From NCBI GenBank assembly GCA_950097015.1, contig CATNEN010000038.1, positions 17,050,001-17,114,000 on the forward strand: a stretch of 64,000 bases of DNA. The letters are read 5' to 3'. The notes under the pieces were generated by a model. It was not told the origin of the DNA. It made no database searches and was given only the letters and a program-made list of their open reading frames with translations. A program made the translations under genes and the position numbers. Position 1 is the stretch's first letter. Every line of letters begins with the position of its first letter. Positions 47,601-59,045 of the stretch are shown piece after piece. Source of the stretch: Macrostomum hystrix. Its lineage: Eukaryota > Animalia > Platyhelminthes.

Positions 47601-50600
47601 GATTTAAAGGAGAGATAAGCTGAGAAATGCTGAGGTGACATGAGATGAGATAAGATGAGATGAGACGAGATAAGATGAGATGAGATGAGATGAGATAAGA
47701 TGACATGACATGAGATGAGATAAGGTGAGATGAGATGAGATGAGATAAGGCAGGCAGCCGAAGTGTCTAGAGGTAGCTGAGATGAGATCAAATCAACAAG
47801 TCAGACCTTTCGGCCGGTCTCCAATCTCAGCCGGAGGCAGCGTGGGCGGCGACCGCGGCGCGTCGCAGGCGTGCCTGAAGATGAAATGCCAGACAGTCAT
47901 GCAGCGCTCATAATTGGCAGGTGGTTGAATTGTAGCCGGGCAGAAGCAGTATAGCATGGGCTCAATCAAGTGCAGTTGGCGCAGGTGTTCGAGGCAGATC
48001 TTCAACTCCTTGGGCTGGTGCAGCTGGCATTGATCGGCTGTGGGATTTGGTTTGTTTTTGGGGATTGATTTCGCTTTAAATTAGTAGCCTAGGTGTCATT
48101 TCTGATGTCATTGCGTTTCGACACACTTCTGACACATTATTTTTCACTTTCTATGTGAATTTATGAGTTCAAATGTGATTTTTCTAATATAGTTTGCTTT
48201 CTTTGACGTGATTTTACCATTTTTAGGACGTCATTTTGTGATTTCTGACGCTTTTTTTTTAATTCTGACGCCATTTTGTATTTTCCGACGTAATTTTGTA
48301 ATTTTCAATATCATTTTTTAATATTATTTTACATTTTTGCGTATTTAATGTCGTTAAACATTAACTCCTGGTGTCGTATGAAGTTTTTCACCAGCTGGGA
48401 CTAGTCCGGACAGATCTGCACTTTATCGGCAAGAATTGTGTGAGAGGAATATCATCTGATCTGACACTTCTTGGTTTTAGGCGAGTTGGCCAGGCTAGAT
48501 CTGCGCGAGAAAAATCACACTCAGAGCTTTCTGGTCCCGTGGGAGGCGAGGATATGAGAATGGTCTCAAAAATTCAACTGCTTGAGATTGGGAATCGGGC
48601 GGTTCATTTTGAGTCAAGCGCCAGAAAAAAATTGGCAAACATAGGAAAATGGGAGAAAAGAGAGGAGAGACAGATAAGAGGGGAGATTTTGTAAGGAAAA
48701 ATGTACTGATCTCAAATCCCAGTCTGTAATCCTTATAGGTTGTAGATCCCGATCCCAGATCCCAATCCCGATCCCAGATCCCGATCCCAGATCCCGATCC
48801 CAGATCCCGATCCCAGATCCCAGATCCCGATCCCAGATCCCAGATCCCGATCCCAGATCCGGATGATGCTGATCAACCATTTGTAATCCGGTATCTAAAA
48901 TCAGGGACCCGCTAATCCACATAGAGGGCAAAAAAGTGACAAGATAAACGAGCTCCCAGTCGGAAAATGTCAAGCATATTACACGGAATTTGTTCAATTT
49001 CCCGTCACCTCATCACTCATTCTTGTTTTGTTCGTCGCACAAAAAACGCACTACCCGGCCACTGTTGGCCAAACTAAATTGATTTTGAGCTCAAAATAAA
49101 ATGATGAATTGTGCGACAGCCGGGTAGGGGTGCCCAAAATCCCACAGAATCAAAGCCAATCAAATTTGCTCAGGAGCTATGCAGCGATGCAATTGTGAAG
49201 TAGCTTAGAAGTGGAGTCGGGGACAGATAGATTGAGCAGTTAATCCTCGAGTTTCCAGGGCCAAAGCATTCTCCCTTCGAATGGGGGATTTTTTTAGGCT
49301 TAACTCCAAAGCTGTAGGGTCTAGTTGCGAAGGGATGAATCTAGCTCAGACGTGTAGAAGCACCGTTTAAGTAGATGGCCTATGAAACAATGTCAACAGA
49401 AAGTTTTATTGCACTTGTTAAAACCAATGCTTACATTTTTGTACTCAAATCTTACATGCGGAAGGGAAAATATTCTATAAGATTTGATAGGTCTTTATAG
49501 TAAATCCCGATTGTGGAAATAGAGTTTCATTCTGATCCTAAGTCGCCAAGATGAAACCCGAATTTTCCGATTCTTATCCCACTTCCCAATCCAACCTTCT
49601 AAATACTGATCCCAGATTCCAAATACTGATCCCAAATTCCAAATACTGATCCCAGATTCGAATACTGATCCCAGATTCCGAATACTGACCCCAGATACTA
49701 AATACTGATCCCAGATTCCAAATACTGATCCCAGATTCTAATACTTGATCCCAAATTCCGAATACTGATCCCAGATTCCAAATACTGTTCCCTGATTCTA
49801 AATACTGATCCCAAATACCGAATACTGATCCCAAATACCGAATACTGATCCCAGATTCCGAATACTGACCCCAGATTCCAAATACTGATCCCAGATTCCA
49901 AATACTGATCCCAGATTCCGAATACTGATCCCAGATTTCAAATACTGATCCCAGATTCCAAATACTGATCCCAGATTCCGAATACTGATCCCAGATTTTA
50001 AATACTGATCCCAGATTCCAAATCCTGATCCCAGATTCCAAATACTGATCCCAGATTCCAAATACTGATCCTAGATTCCAAATACTGATCCCAGATTCCA
50101 AATCCTGATCCCAGATTCCGAATACTGATCCCAGATTCCAAATACTGATCCCAGATTCCAAATACTGATCCCAGATTCCAAATCCTGATCCCAGATTTCA
50201 AATACTGATCCCAGATACCGAATACTGATCCCAGATTTTAAATACTGATCCCAGATTCCAAATCCTGATCCCAGATTCCAAATACTGATCCCAGATTCCA
50301 AATACTGATCCTAGATTCCAAATACTGATCCCAGATTCCAAATCCTGATCCCAGATTCCGAATACTGATCCCAGATTCCAAATCCTGATCCCAGATTCCA
50401 AATACTGATCCCAGATTCCAAATACTGATCCTAGATTCCAAATACTGATCCCAGATTCCAAATCCTGATCCCAGATTCCGAATACTGATCCCAGATTTCA
50501 AATACTGATCCCAGATTCCAAATCCTGATCCCAGATTTCAAATACTGATCCCAGATACCGAATACTGATCCCAGATTTTAAATACTGATCCCAGATTCCA

Positions 50601-53600
50601 AATCCTGATCCCAGATTCCAAATACTGATCCCAGATTCCAAATACTGATCCTAGATTCCAAATACTGATCCCAGATTCCAAATCCTGATCCCAGATTCCG
50701 AATACTGATCCCAGATTCCGAATACTGATCCCAGATTCTAAATACTGATCCCAGATTCTAAATACTGTTCCCAGATTCTAAATCCTGATCCCAGATTCCA
50801 AATACTGATCCCAGATTTCAAATACTGATCCCAGATTCCAAATACTGATCCCAGATTCCAAATCCTGATCCCAGATTTCAAATACTGATCCCAGATACCG
50901 AATACTGATCCCAGATTTTAAATACTGATCCCAGATTCCAAATCCTGATCCCAGATTCCAAATACTGATCCCAGATTCCAAATACTGATCCTAGATTCCA
51001 AATACTGATCCCAGATTCCAAATCCTGATCCCAGATTCCGAATACTGATCCCAGATTCCGAATACTGATCCCAGATTCTAAATACTGATCCCAGATTCTA
51101 AATACTGTTCCCAGATTCTAAATCCTGATCCCAGATTCCAAATACTGATCCCAGATTTCAAATACTGATCCCAGATTCCAAATACTGATCCCAGATTCCA
51201 AATCCTGATCCCAGATTTCAAATACTGATCCCAGATACCGAATACTGATCCCAGATTTTAAATACTGATCCCAGATTCCAAATCCTGATCCCAGATTCCA
51301 AATACTGATCCCAGATTCCAAATACTGATCCTAGATTCCAAATACTGATCCCAGATTCCAAATCCTGATCCCAGATTCCGAATACTGATCCCAGATTCCG
51401 AATACTGATCCCAGATTCTAAATACTGATCCCAGATTCTAAATACTGTTCCCAGATTCTAAATCCTGATCCCAGATTCCAAATACTGATCCCAGATTTCA
51501 AATACTGATCCCAGATTCCAAATACTGATCCCAGATTCCAAATCCTGATCCCAGATTTCAAATACTGATCCCAGATACCGAATACTGATCCCAGATTTTA
51601 AATACTGATCCCAGATTCCAAATCCTGATCCCAGATTCCAAATACTGATCCCAGATTCCAAATACTGATCCTAGATTCCAAATACTGATCCCAGATTCCA
51701 AATCCTGATCCCAGATTCCGAATACTGATCCCAGATTCCAATTACTGATTGGAATCTCAGTTCGAGTCTTAGTAGATGGTAAAAAATACGTTTCCTTGAG
51801 CAAGACACACTTAATTCTCCATTGCTATATTTTGCAAATATGCTCAACTTGTTGCTAAGTGTCATTTTCTATGTTTCAGTCTGTATCTAGGCTTGACGTA
51901 ACCCCAGAAACTTCTAGAGGGTGTGAAGAATTGCTTCATTTTTCTGTTTTAAGTATCCGAAGGGCAATATTTTTACTGGCCAACTGTCGGTCGTAAATTT
52001 GAAATTCTTTTACGAAAAAAAAATTCAATTCAAGCCCAACCACGCAGCTTGGGTTAGTTTCTGTTCGGACCGGATTTTTTAAAGCGAAATTTAAATTAAA
52101 CTCTTTGCGTAAGGAAAGGAAGGCATTTGACCTGGAAACTGTTTTCGTTTTATCATTAGCATTCAAAGTACAGCTACTGAAATGAAATCTAAGTAAAATT
52201 TTTCCGCTGTGTTTAGAAACTCCTATATTAGGGAAAGTAGCGAATTTTTTTCATTAGTTCGCTACAAAACAACCGGCTACCTTACTGGCGTTTTAAGTCC
52301 AGCTAATTTTAATTAGCCACACTGGCTGAGATGATGAGGGAGTGCGTTGCCATGACAACTCGAAAACCGAAGTTTCTAAGCTAGGATTAACATTTTTTGC
52401 GATTTATAATACCGCCATCGAGAACGGTAAACATCTGGCTTATTATCTTTTAAGCAGTCTAGATTTTAAAAGCTTTCTCAATAACGTCTTTCAATATTTT
52501 TCAAGAAATATGGGATTGCAAAGCCGACAATGACCGAGTTTCAATATCAAAATTCTTATTCCCAAATGAGAAACTCGATGTCAAAGCCCGAGGTGAATTA
52601 TTTTGTCGACAATAGACCCGCAGCCAGCGAGGAGGCAATTCTGCACATTCTGCTGACTCGTGAGCACACATTAACACTGCTCAATGTTGAATCATATCAA
52701 GAAGAAAAATTAATAATAAGAAAATATCATTTTGCAGCCAATAAGGAGGGGGCATATTTAAAAAGCTTTCCGTGCTCACAGGTACCCAGGTGCAAGAGGG
52801 TATGCTCTAAATTAGACTCACAAGGCTTGAGTAGGAATCTCTTAGAGAATGGAGGGTGTTATAGAGGGTCTCATGCAGAATAACCCAATTAGGAAGGTTT
52901 GTTAAGTGACAGTAAAAATGCTTCATCAAATGAACATTAAAATACAGGCACAATTTCACTAACACCGGGGTGGAAATAAGGCTGACAAATTATTCAGCTT
53001 GATATGAATACTTTATCTTTTCTATTTTCTAAACAATCTGTCTTCAACTGAATATGACCACGTGGGAATTTTATTTATAACCAAGACAAAAAATTAAAAT
53101 CTTGCTTATTAATGCATTTGTTGATATTTCGGTTGATACCAACTCGAAACAAAAAAATTTCAGCTCACAACAATGATAATCTCAGCTGACATCCATGATA
53201 ATCTCAGCTGACACCCATGATAATCACAGCTGACAAGCATGATAGTCTCAGCTGACACTCTTGATAATCTCAGCTGACACTCTTGATAATCTCAGCTGAC
53301 ACTCTTGATAATCTCAGCTGACACTCATGATAATCTCAGCTGACACTCATGATAATCTCAGCTGACACTCTTGATAATCTCAGCTGACACTCATGATAAT
53401 CTCAGCTGACACTCATGATAATCTCAGCTGACACTCTTGATAATCTCAGCTGACACTCATGATAATCTCAGCTGACACTCTTGATAATCTCAGCTGACAC
53501 TCTTGATAATCTCAGCTGACACTCTTGATAATCTCAGCCGACAGCCAGGATACACACGTGAAGATCTGATATAGGACATCGAAAGATAAAGGGTTTGGAA

Positions 53601-56600
53601 CTCTAGACTCATCAATCAAATCAGGTTGGTTTTAGCTTTTTTTCCAAAGCATAAATCTCTGGCTCGCTTTACCGTCGTTTAAATCTCACCTTCATTATAC
53701 AGCGCATACAGTCACTGAAGACTTCCACTTGACTAGGGACAGAGAGAAAGATTTAGTCGAGTTAAAGAGAGGGTAAATCTGTAAAGACTTTTATAGCAAC
53801 AACTATTGGATTAGGGAAGCGAGAGTGCGAGTGAAATCATCCTACCATGCGACTGGGGCCCCTTTAGGGGTGCCTATAGGCGGACTGAACATGCCGGCTT
53901 TGGGTTAGGTAAAAAAAGCTCATTAAATAGACTCAAAGACCGTGACAAATTTGTCACACGGCACAGCCCAGGCTAGTCGGCTAGCCTTGCGAGTCGGGGT
54001 GATTGATTGCGATTTTTTTAAGCTCCGTTTGGCTTTAAGTAAAATTTCTGAATAGACGAATGAATGAATGAAAATAGTCTCAAGATTCGCCTAAAATCAG
54101 GGACCTGATAAAACCTAGGTCTGCTAAATAGAAGATGCATATAGACGGCAGTGGGTTGGATTTGGGAGATGATAGATGAGACACTGGGGAGATGAGACAC
54201 GGGAGAGATGAGACACTGGGGAGATGAGACACGGGAAAGATGAGACACTGGGTAGATGAGACACTGAAGAGATGAGACACGGGAGAGATGAGACATGGGA
54301 GAGATGAGACACGGGAGAGATAAGACAGGGAAGAGATGAGACACGGGAGAGATCAGACATGGGAGAGATGAGACACGGGAGGTGAGACACTAGAGAGATG
54401 AGACACGGGAGAGATAAGACAGGGGAGAGATGAGACACGGGAGAGATGGGGCACTGAAGAGGTGAGACATCGGATAGATGACCACTAGAGATATATTGTG
54501 GATAATTTTGGGTAATCTCTCGTGTTTGGTGGAATTATTTTAAAATGAAAATCTAAATATCTACGATTCTATTTCGATATGACCATTGACTAAGTCCAAA
54601 CCTTGTGATCTAGCAATTTCAAAGCTATCGATTTAGAAGCCCTTCGATGTTTGAGGCGTCAAACAAAGAGCGACAAACAAAGAGCCAATTTGAGCAGCTC
54701 TTTAGTTGCCACACAACAAACAACCGATTTTAAAGTTGAATTGTTTGACGAAGCCTTACTAAACTTTGCTAGTCATAAATGGGCCCCCATATCTCTGGCA
54801 TAGACACGGGGAGATTTCTACGCATTTTTCATGAAGCCTAGTGAAGTTAGTGATGCAATCAAACAAAGGCTATGCAACGCAATGCAATGAAATTCAGTCA
54901 TTCGTGCAGCACAAAAAATGCTTCTTATCAGTTTCTGAAATCAACAAACACTCAAAACATTGACAGCCGCCATGTCAAACTTATTGGTAAAGAAGAAAAC
55001 TATTTTATATGCGATTTCATTTGCGATCAATTAAGAAAATTTAATTTTGGTTTTGGTTTTGTAATCTAACAATTACAGAATCTACTATGACTTTTATGAG
55101 GCAATGACCGAATCTACTAGGATTTTTAGGATGCAATGACCGAATCTACTAGGATTTTTAGGATGCAATGACCGAATCTACTAGGATTTTTAGGATGCAA
55201 TGACCGAATCTACCATGACTTTTATGAGGCAATGACTGAATCTACCATGACTTTTATGAGGCAATGACTGAATCTACTATGATTTTTATGAGGCAATGAC
55301 TGAATCTACTATGACTTTTATGAGGCAATGACTGAATCTACCATGACTTTTATGAGGCAATGACTGAATCTACCATGAATTTTATGAGGCAATGACTGAA
55401 TCTACCATGACTTTTATGAGGCAATGACTGAATCTACCATGACTTTTATGAGGCAATGACTGAATCTACCATGGCTTTTATGAGGCAATGACTGAATCTA
55501 CCATGGCTTTTATGAGGCAATGACTGAATCTACCATGGCTTTTATGAGGCAATTACCGAATCTACTATGACTTTTATGAGGCAATTACAGAATCTACCAT
55601 GGCTTTTATGAGGCAATTACAGAATCTACTATGACTTTTATGAGGCAATTACAGAATCTACCATGGCTTTTATGAGGCAATGACTGAATCTACCATGACT
55701 TTTATGAGGCAATTACAGAATCTACCATGGCTTTTATGAGGCAATGACTGAATCTACCATGACTTTTATGAGACAATGACTGAATCTACTAGGATTTTTA
55801 GGATGCAATGACCGAATCTACTAGGATTTTTAGGATGCAATGACCGAATCTACTAGGATTTTTAGGATGCAATGACCGAATCTACTATGACTTTTATGAG
55901 GCAATGACGGAATCTACCATGACTTTTATGAGGCAATGACCGAATCTACTATGACTTTTATGAGGCAATGACGGAATCTACCATGACTTTTATGAGGCAA
56001 TGACCGAATCTACTATGACTTTTATGAGGCAATTACTGAATCTACTATGACTTTTCTGAGGCAATGACCGAATCTACTATGACTTTTATGAGGCAATGAC
56101 CGAATCTACTATGAATTTTATGAGGCAATGACTGAATCTACTGAGCAAAAAACATTTTTATTGAGAATATAATAAAACGAGTTTAAATTTATTTGAAAAA
56201 TTTAACAAATTTTTAAATAAATTAGTAAATGGTTTCTTCAAACTGAATCTCTAGCAAACTGGGAAAAGTACACAAGGCAGATTTAGGCGCATAAGTACCA
56301 CTCCCAACTCTCGTATAATTCCTTCTCTAAATCCCACAATTTCGATAATTACAGTCAAGCTGCTGTGTAGAAAAAAACATCTTTTGACTTGACAATGCTG
56401 AAAATGAATGCCACGCACACGCAAACAAAAAGGTCTAATATTAGCTGTCGTTAGGCTAATGCAGACTAGTCATTTATCAATCCTGCTGTTACTAATTAAT
56501 AGCATGTTTAGCTTAGCACCCTTTAGGGTAGCAGAAACGATTCATTGTAACTCCTCAATAGTAATGAACTTATGCTTTGTAATAATCTCATAGCTGCTTT

Positions 56601-57947
56601 GTAATAATCTCATAGCTGCTTTGTAATAATCTCATAGCTGCTTTGTAATAATCTCTTAGCTGCTTTGTAATAATCTCATAGCTGCTTTGTAATAATCTCA
56701 TAGCTGCTTTGTAATAATCTCATAGCTGCTTTGTAATAATCTCATAGCTGCTTTGTAATAATCTCATAGCTGCTTTGTAATAATCTCATAGCTGCTTTGT
56801 AATAATCTCATAGCTGCTTTGTAATAATCTCATAGCTGCTTTGTAATAATCTCATAGCTGCTTTGTAATAATCTCATAGCTGCTTTGTAATAATCTCACA
56901 GCTGCTTTGTAATAATCTCATAGCTGCTTTGTAATAATTTTACAGCTGCTTTGTAATAATCTCATAGCTGCTTTGTAATAATCTCATAGCTGCTTTGTAA
57001 TAATCTCATAGCTGCTTTGTAATAATCTCATAGCTGCTTTGTAATAATCTCATATATCATTTAACCTCTCTCAGAAATCCCCTAAAAGATGACATCGCTT
57101 GTTTTCAAACGACTGCTCAATAAGTCCGGCTTCCCCTTTTTTAAGTTGCAGACTCTGCTAATATTTTTCTACTAGCTACAGAAACCCTTCTGCATATACT
57201 CGAAGCTAAGATTTAGACTTCAAACTTGAGTCGGGAGAAAGTGGGATTGAGTGGAGTTGAGTTTGGGAGAAGCCCGACGGTCTGGGATTCTGGGATTAGA
57301 TTTCTTTGTGAGAGAGAGAGAGAAGAGACTCACTTTTCAGTGTTTCCACTTTCTACTAGAAGAAGAGCAATTACGATATAAGAGCATGTTCGATGGTTAT
57401 ATAGGCCCATATTTCAGAGGTTCTTTCTAACAAAATTTTCAATGGATCGCCATTTAGATAAGCGGAGCATCAATATTATTGGCGCGAATAAGTCTAAACT
57501 TGAGTGTACTTTTAGGCAATCGGATACTTGATAAACTAACTTGTGGCATTAAATTATAAATAAATAAATATGAAGTTTATTATCGGAGAAGGGGAAAAGG
57601 ACAGATAGGGGAGAGAGAAGGGGTTGAGAGAGAAAGAGAATGAAAAATACAGAAACAAGTAGGAAAGCAATTATCAGAAGATGGTAAAAATCTAGACAAC
57701 AGTTTAATGCAAGTCAACTGTGGAGAAACACTAAAAGACAAGATAGGCAACATTAACAGAAGAGACAGAACTAAAGCAGGTTAGAACTCACAGTCCTTGC
57801 AGAGCGAGTGCACCAAGCTAAGTTTAGAGCCGCAGTCCGATTTCTGATAGCAGGTGTCGTTGGCCACGTGGCAGTAGCTCTGCTGGCGAGCCGAGGTCCC
57901 AGCAACTAGCGGCGGCAACGGAAGCAGCTGAACGATGACGGCGGTTG
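34804..57947 (-). CDS. GPI-anchored GDNF-family receptor alpha / GAS1-like protein (4 GDNF domains; at least 6 exons, ~780 aa; first exon not found)
   Basis: Exons 57947-57792, 48037-47807, 40615-40196, 39584-39480 (or -39456 via a GC donor), 36888-36331 and 35669-34804; all junctions are phase 1. Four Cys-rich repeats of the C-x6-C-x5-C-x10-C...C...CxC...C...C type. The C-terminus has small residues (GYGFGANEAA) followed by a hydrophobic tail. Confidence 0.85.
35820..36312. repeat. 15-bp minisatellite filling a GFRalpha-like intron
   Basis: Unit GAGACAGGAGAGG(A/G)T. Confidence 0.96.
36331..36888 (-). CDS. GFRalpha-like exon encoding GDNF domains 3 and 4
   Basis: NCFDVYQSCVRHFDCLQRF...CDC...C...RPRC and NCVQLAENCRASRSCFVRL...CSC...RPSCL. 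Branch point CTAAC and CAG acceptor; GTGAGC donor. Confidence 0.9.
36945..39200. repeat. ~14-bp-derived satellite with 84-bp higher-order unit and a 676-bp duplication
   Basis: Monomer TGTGGTGTCCATTG; GTATGTTGGC recurs every 84 bp; matching ORF ends at 38069 and 38745. Confidence 0.96.
39480..39584 (-). CDS. GFRalpha-like linker exon (polyQ, Gly/Ser-rich)
   Basis: QFFNDAYNIGLLQPKSKEQQQQQQHSGGYGGSGSS continues in phase from NICL; the donor is ambiguous. Confidence 0.6.
39680..40190. repeat. 13/26-bp minisatellite
   Basis: GACAGGCAGCCAGGACGGGCACCCAA-type unit starting directly at the exon donor. Confidence 0.94.
40196..40615 (-). CDS. GFRalpha-like exon: Ser/Gly linker + GDNF domain 2
   Basis: SCLERRSRCFDTPDCAKDANSFLTSC...CLESYEAL...CTC...CDRIRRAYPGNICL; GTGAGT donor. 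Confidence 0.88.
41175..41530 (-). mobile_element. tRNA-derived SINE family 2 with a conserved-central-domain-like (Meta/CORE-type) segment
   Basis: Minus strand: GCGGAAAGCTCAGTCAATAAGG (A-box-like), GGTTCGACTCCC (B box), then CCTTTGGCAAG...AGTCTACTCAGCTGCAAATGAGTACC. The central-domain assignment is from recalled consensus only. Confidence 0.65.
42603..43870. repeat. 27-bp minisatellite (preceded by a CT-rich tract, 42400-42600)
   Basis: Unit CACTCTTGTTGTCACTCTATTTCC(G/A)TT. Confidence 0.96.
44590..45590. repeat. 18-bp pyrimidine-rich minisatellite interrupted by the ribozyme-bearing insert
   Basis: Unit CTCCACTCTCCCTCT(G/C)AT at 44590-44771 and 45150-45590. Confidence 0.93.
44988..45047 (+). 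ncRNA. Type I hammerhead ribozyme (minimal, palindromic stem III)
   Basis: Stem I ACTCTA(44997-45002)/TGGAGT(45034-45039), extended by CCAGGC/GCCTTGG. Core CTGATGA at 45003-45009. Stem II GCTC-caataa-GAGC. GAAA at 45024-45027. Stem III A-C-gc-G-T. Cleavage triplet GTC at 45031-45033. Confidence 0.9.
46270..47010. repeat. ~19-21-bp purine-rich minisatellite
   Basis: Unit GAGAGTGGAGAAAGAAGGGGA and variants. Confidence 0.94.
47475..47790. repeat. Degenerate (GATGA)n pentamer
   Basis: Directly visible next to the exon donor. Confidence 0.85.
47807..48037 (-). CDS. GFRalpha-like exon: second half of GDNF domain 1
   Basis: SDQCQLHQPKELKICLEHLRQL...YCFC...ERCMTVWHFIFRHAC; CCCACAG acceptor, GTCTGA donor. 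Confidence 0.82.
48745..48862. repeat. (GATCCC/GATCCCA)n microsatellite
   Basis: Directly visible. Confidence 0.9.
49600..51745. repeat. 20-bp minisatellite (~107 copies) with a 340-bp (17-mer) higher-order repeat
   Basis: Unit AATACTGATCCCAGATTCCA; identical ORFs at 50778, 51118 and 51458 show the 340-bp period. Confidence 0.98.
52612..52670 (-). mobile_element. SINE family 1 fragment
   Basis: TAGACCCGCAGCCAGCGAGGAGGCAATTCTGC...GAGCACACA. Confidence 0.8.
53172..53545. repeat. 22-bp minisatellite
   Basis: Unit TGATAATCTCAGCTGACACTC(T/A). Confidence 0.96.
54172..54490. repeat. 16-17-bp minisatellite
   Basis: Unit GAGATGAGACACGGGA. Confidence 0.9.
55070..56143. repeat. 32-33-bp minisatellite
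   Basis: Unit GAATCTACCATGACTTTTATGAGGCAATGACT. Confidence 0.96.
56573..57053. repeat. 22-bp minisatellite
   Basis: Unit GCTTTGTAATAATCTCATAGCT. Confidence 0.97.
57792..57947 (-). CDS. GFRalpha-like exon: end of signal peptide + first half of GDNF domain 1
   Basis: TAVIVQLLPLPPLVAGTSARQQSYCHVANDTCYQKSDCGSKLSLVHSLCKD; CCCAG acceptor, GTGAGT donor; phase 1 joins the exon at 48037. Confidence 0.8.
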
Positions 57948-58055
57948 CTGGGCGGCGGGAAAATTGAAGGGTTTGCGGTGTTTCGGAGTGAGATGAATTG
58001 AGCTGTTGAATTCGTTGAGCTGTTAGATCCCAAGTTAAGACAGGTTAAAGTGAGT

Positions 58056-59045
58056 TTCTAAAAATCCCAATCCTTAATTCTAAAAATCCCAATCCCTGAT
58101 TCTAAAGATTCCGATCCCCTAGATTCTAAAGATTCTAAAAATCCCAATCCCTGATTCTAAAAATCCCAATCCCTGACTCTAAAGATTCCGATCCCCTAGA
58201 TTTTAAATATTCTTAAAACCCCAATCCTTAATTCTAAAAATCCCGATCCTTGATTCTAAAGATTCTAAAACTCCCAACCCCTTATTCTAAAGATTCCGAT
58301 CCCCTAGATTCTAAAGATTCTAAAACTCCCAACCCCTTATTCTAAAGATTCCGATCCCCTAGATTCTAAAGATTCTTAAAATCCCAATCCCTGATTCTAA
58401 AGATTCCGATCCCCTAGATTCTAAATATTCTAAAAATCCCAATCCCTGATTCTAAAGATTCCGATCCCATAGATTCTAAAGATTCTAAAAACCCCAATCC
58501 CTGATTTTAAAGATTCCGATCCCCTAGATTCTAAAGATTCGAAAAATCCCAATCCGTGATTATAAAGATCCCAATCCCTAGATTCCAAACATTCTAATCC
58601 CCTAGATTCTAGAGACCCCAATCCCCTAGATTCAGGGGGTCGGTGGCAGAGCGGTTATCGCGATTGCCTTTCGCACCAAGGTCCCTAAGTTCGATTCCAC
58701 GGCGAGGCCACATTCATTTGGGGCGCAGCCGCGGAGAGAAGGCTTAGGGGCTTGTCGTGCAATTTACGCCCTTGAGGGCCAACCTCCAAGGCACAGTGAA
58801 ATGTACACTACGTGACGATCAGAAAGTCAGGGCAGATGTACACACCTGTGTGAGCGTGTGCCTGCGTACAGTATCTGTGTGCGTGTGTGCTCAGGAGTCA
58901 GCGAAATGGGCAGAATTGCCCATTTGATGTGCCACTACCCGCAGCCCTCCTGCAATTATTATTTATTATTATTATCCCCTAGATTATAAAGATCCCAATT
59001 CCCTAGATTCTAAAGATTTTAGTCCTAGATTTTAAAGATTCTAGG
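58056..59045. repeat. Complex GATTCTAAA/ATCCC satellite, interrupted by a SINE
   Basis: Recurring GATTCTAAAGATTCCGATCCCCTA and AAAAATCCCAATCCCT modules on both sides of 58636-58975. Confidence 0.88.
58636..58975 (+). mobile_element. SINE family 1, copy with intact head and tail
   Basis: A box TGGCAGAGCGG, B box GTTCGATTCC, (ATT)n tail. ATCCCCTAGATT flanks both sides; this may be a TSD but is also the host satellite motif. Confidence 0.92.

Noticed and set aside
58636-58712. Possible tRNA gene
   Set aside because: Acceptor and T stems do not pair properly and it runs into a repeated SINE body.
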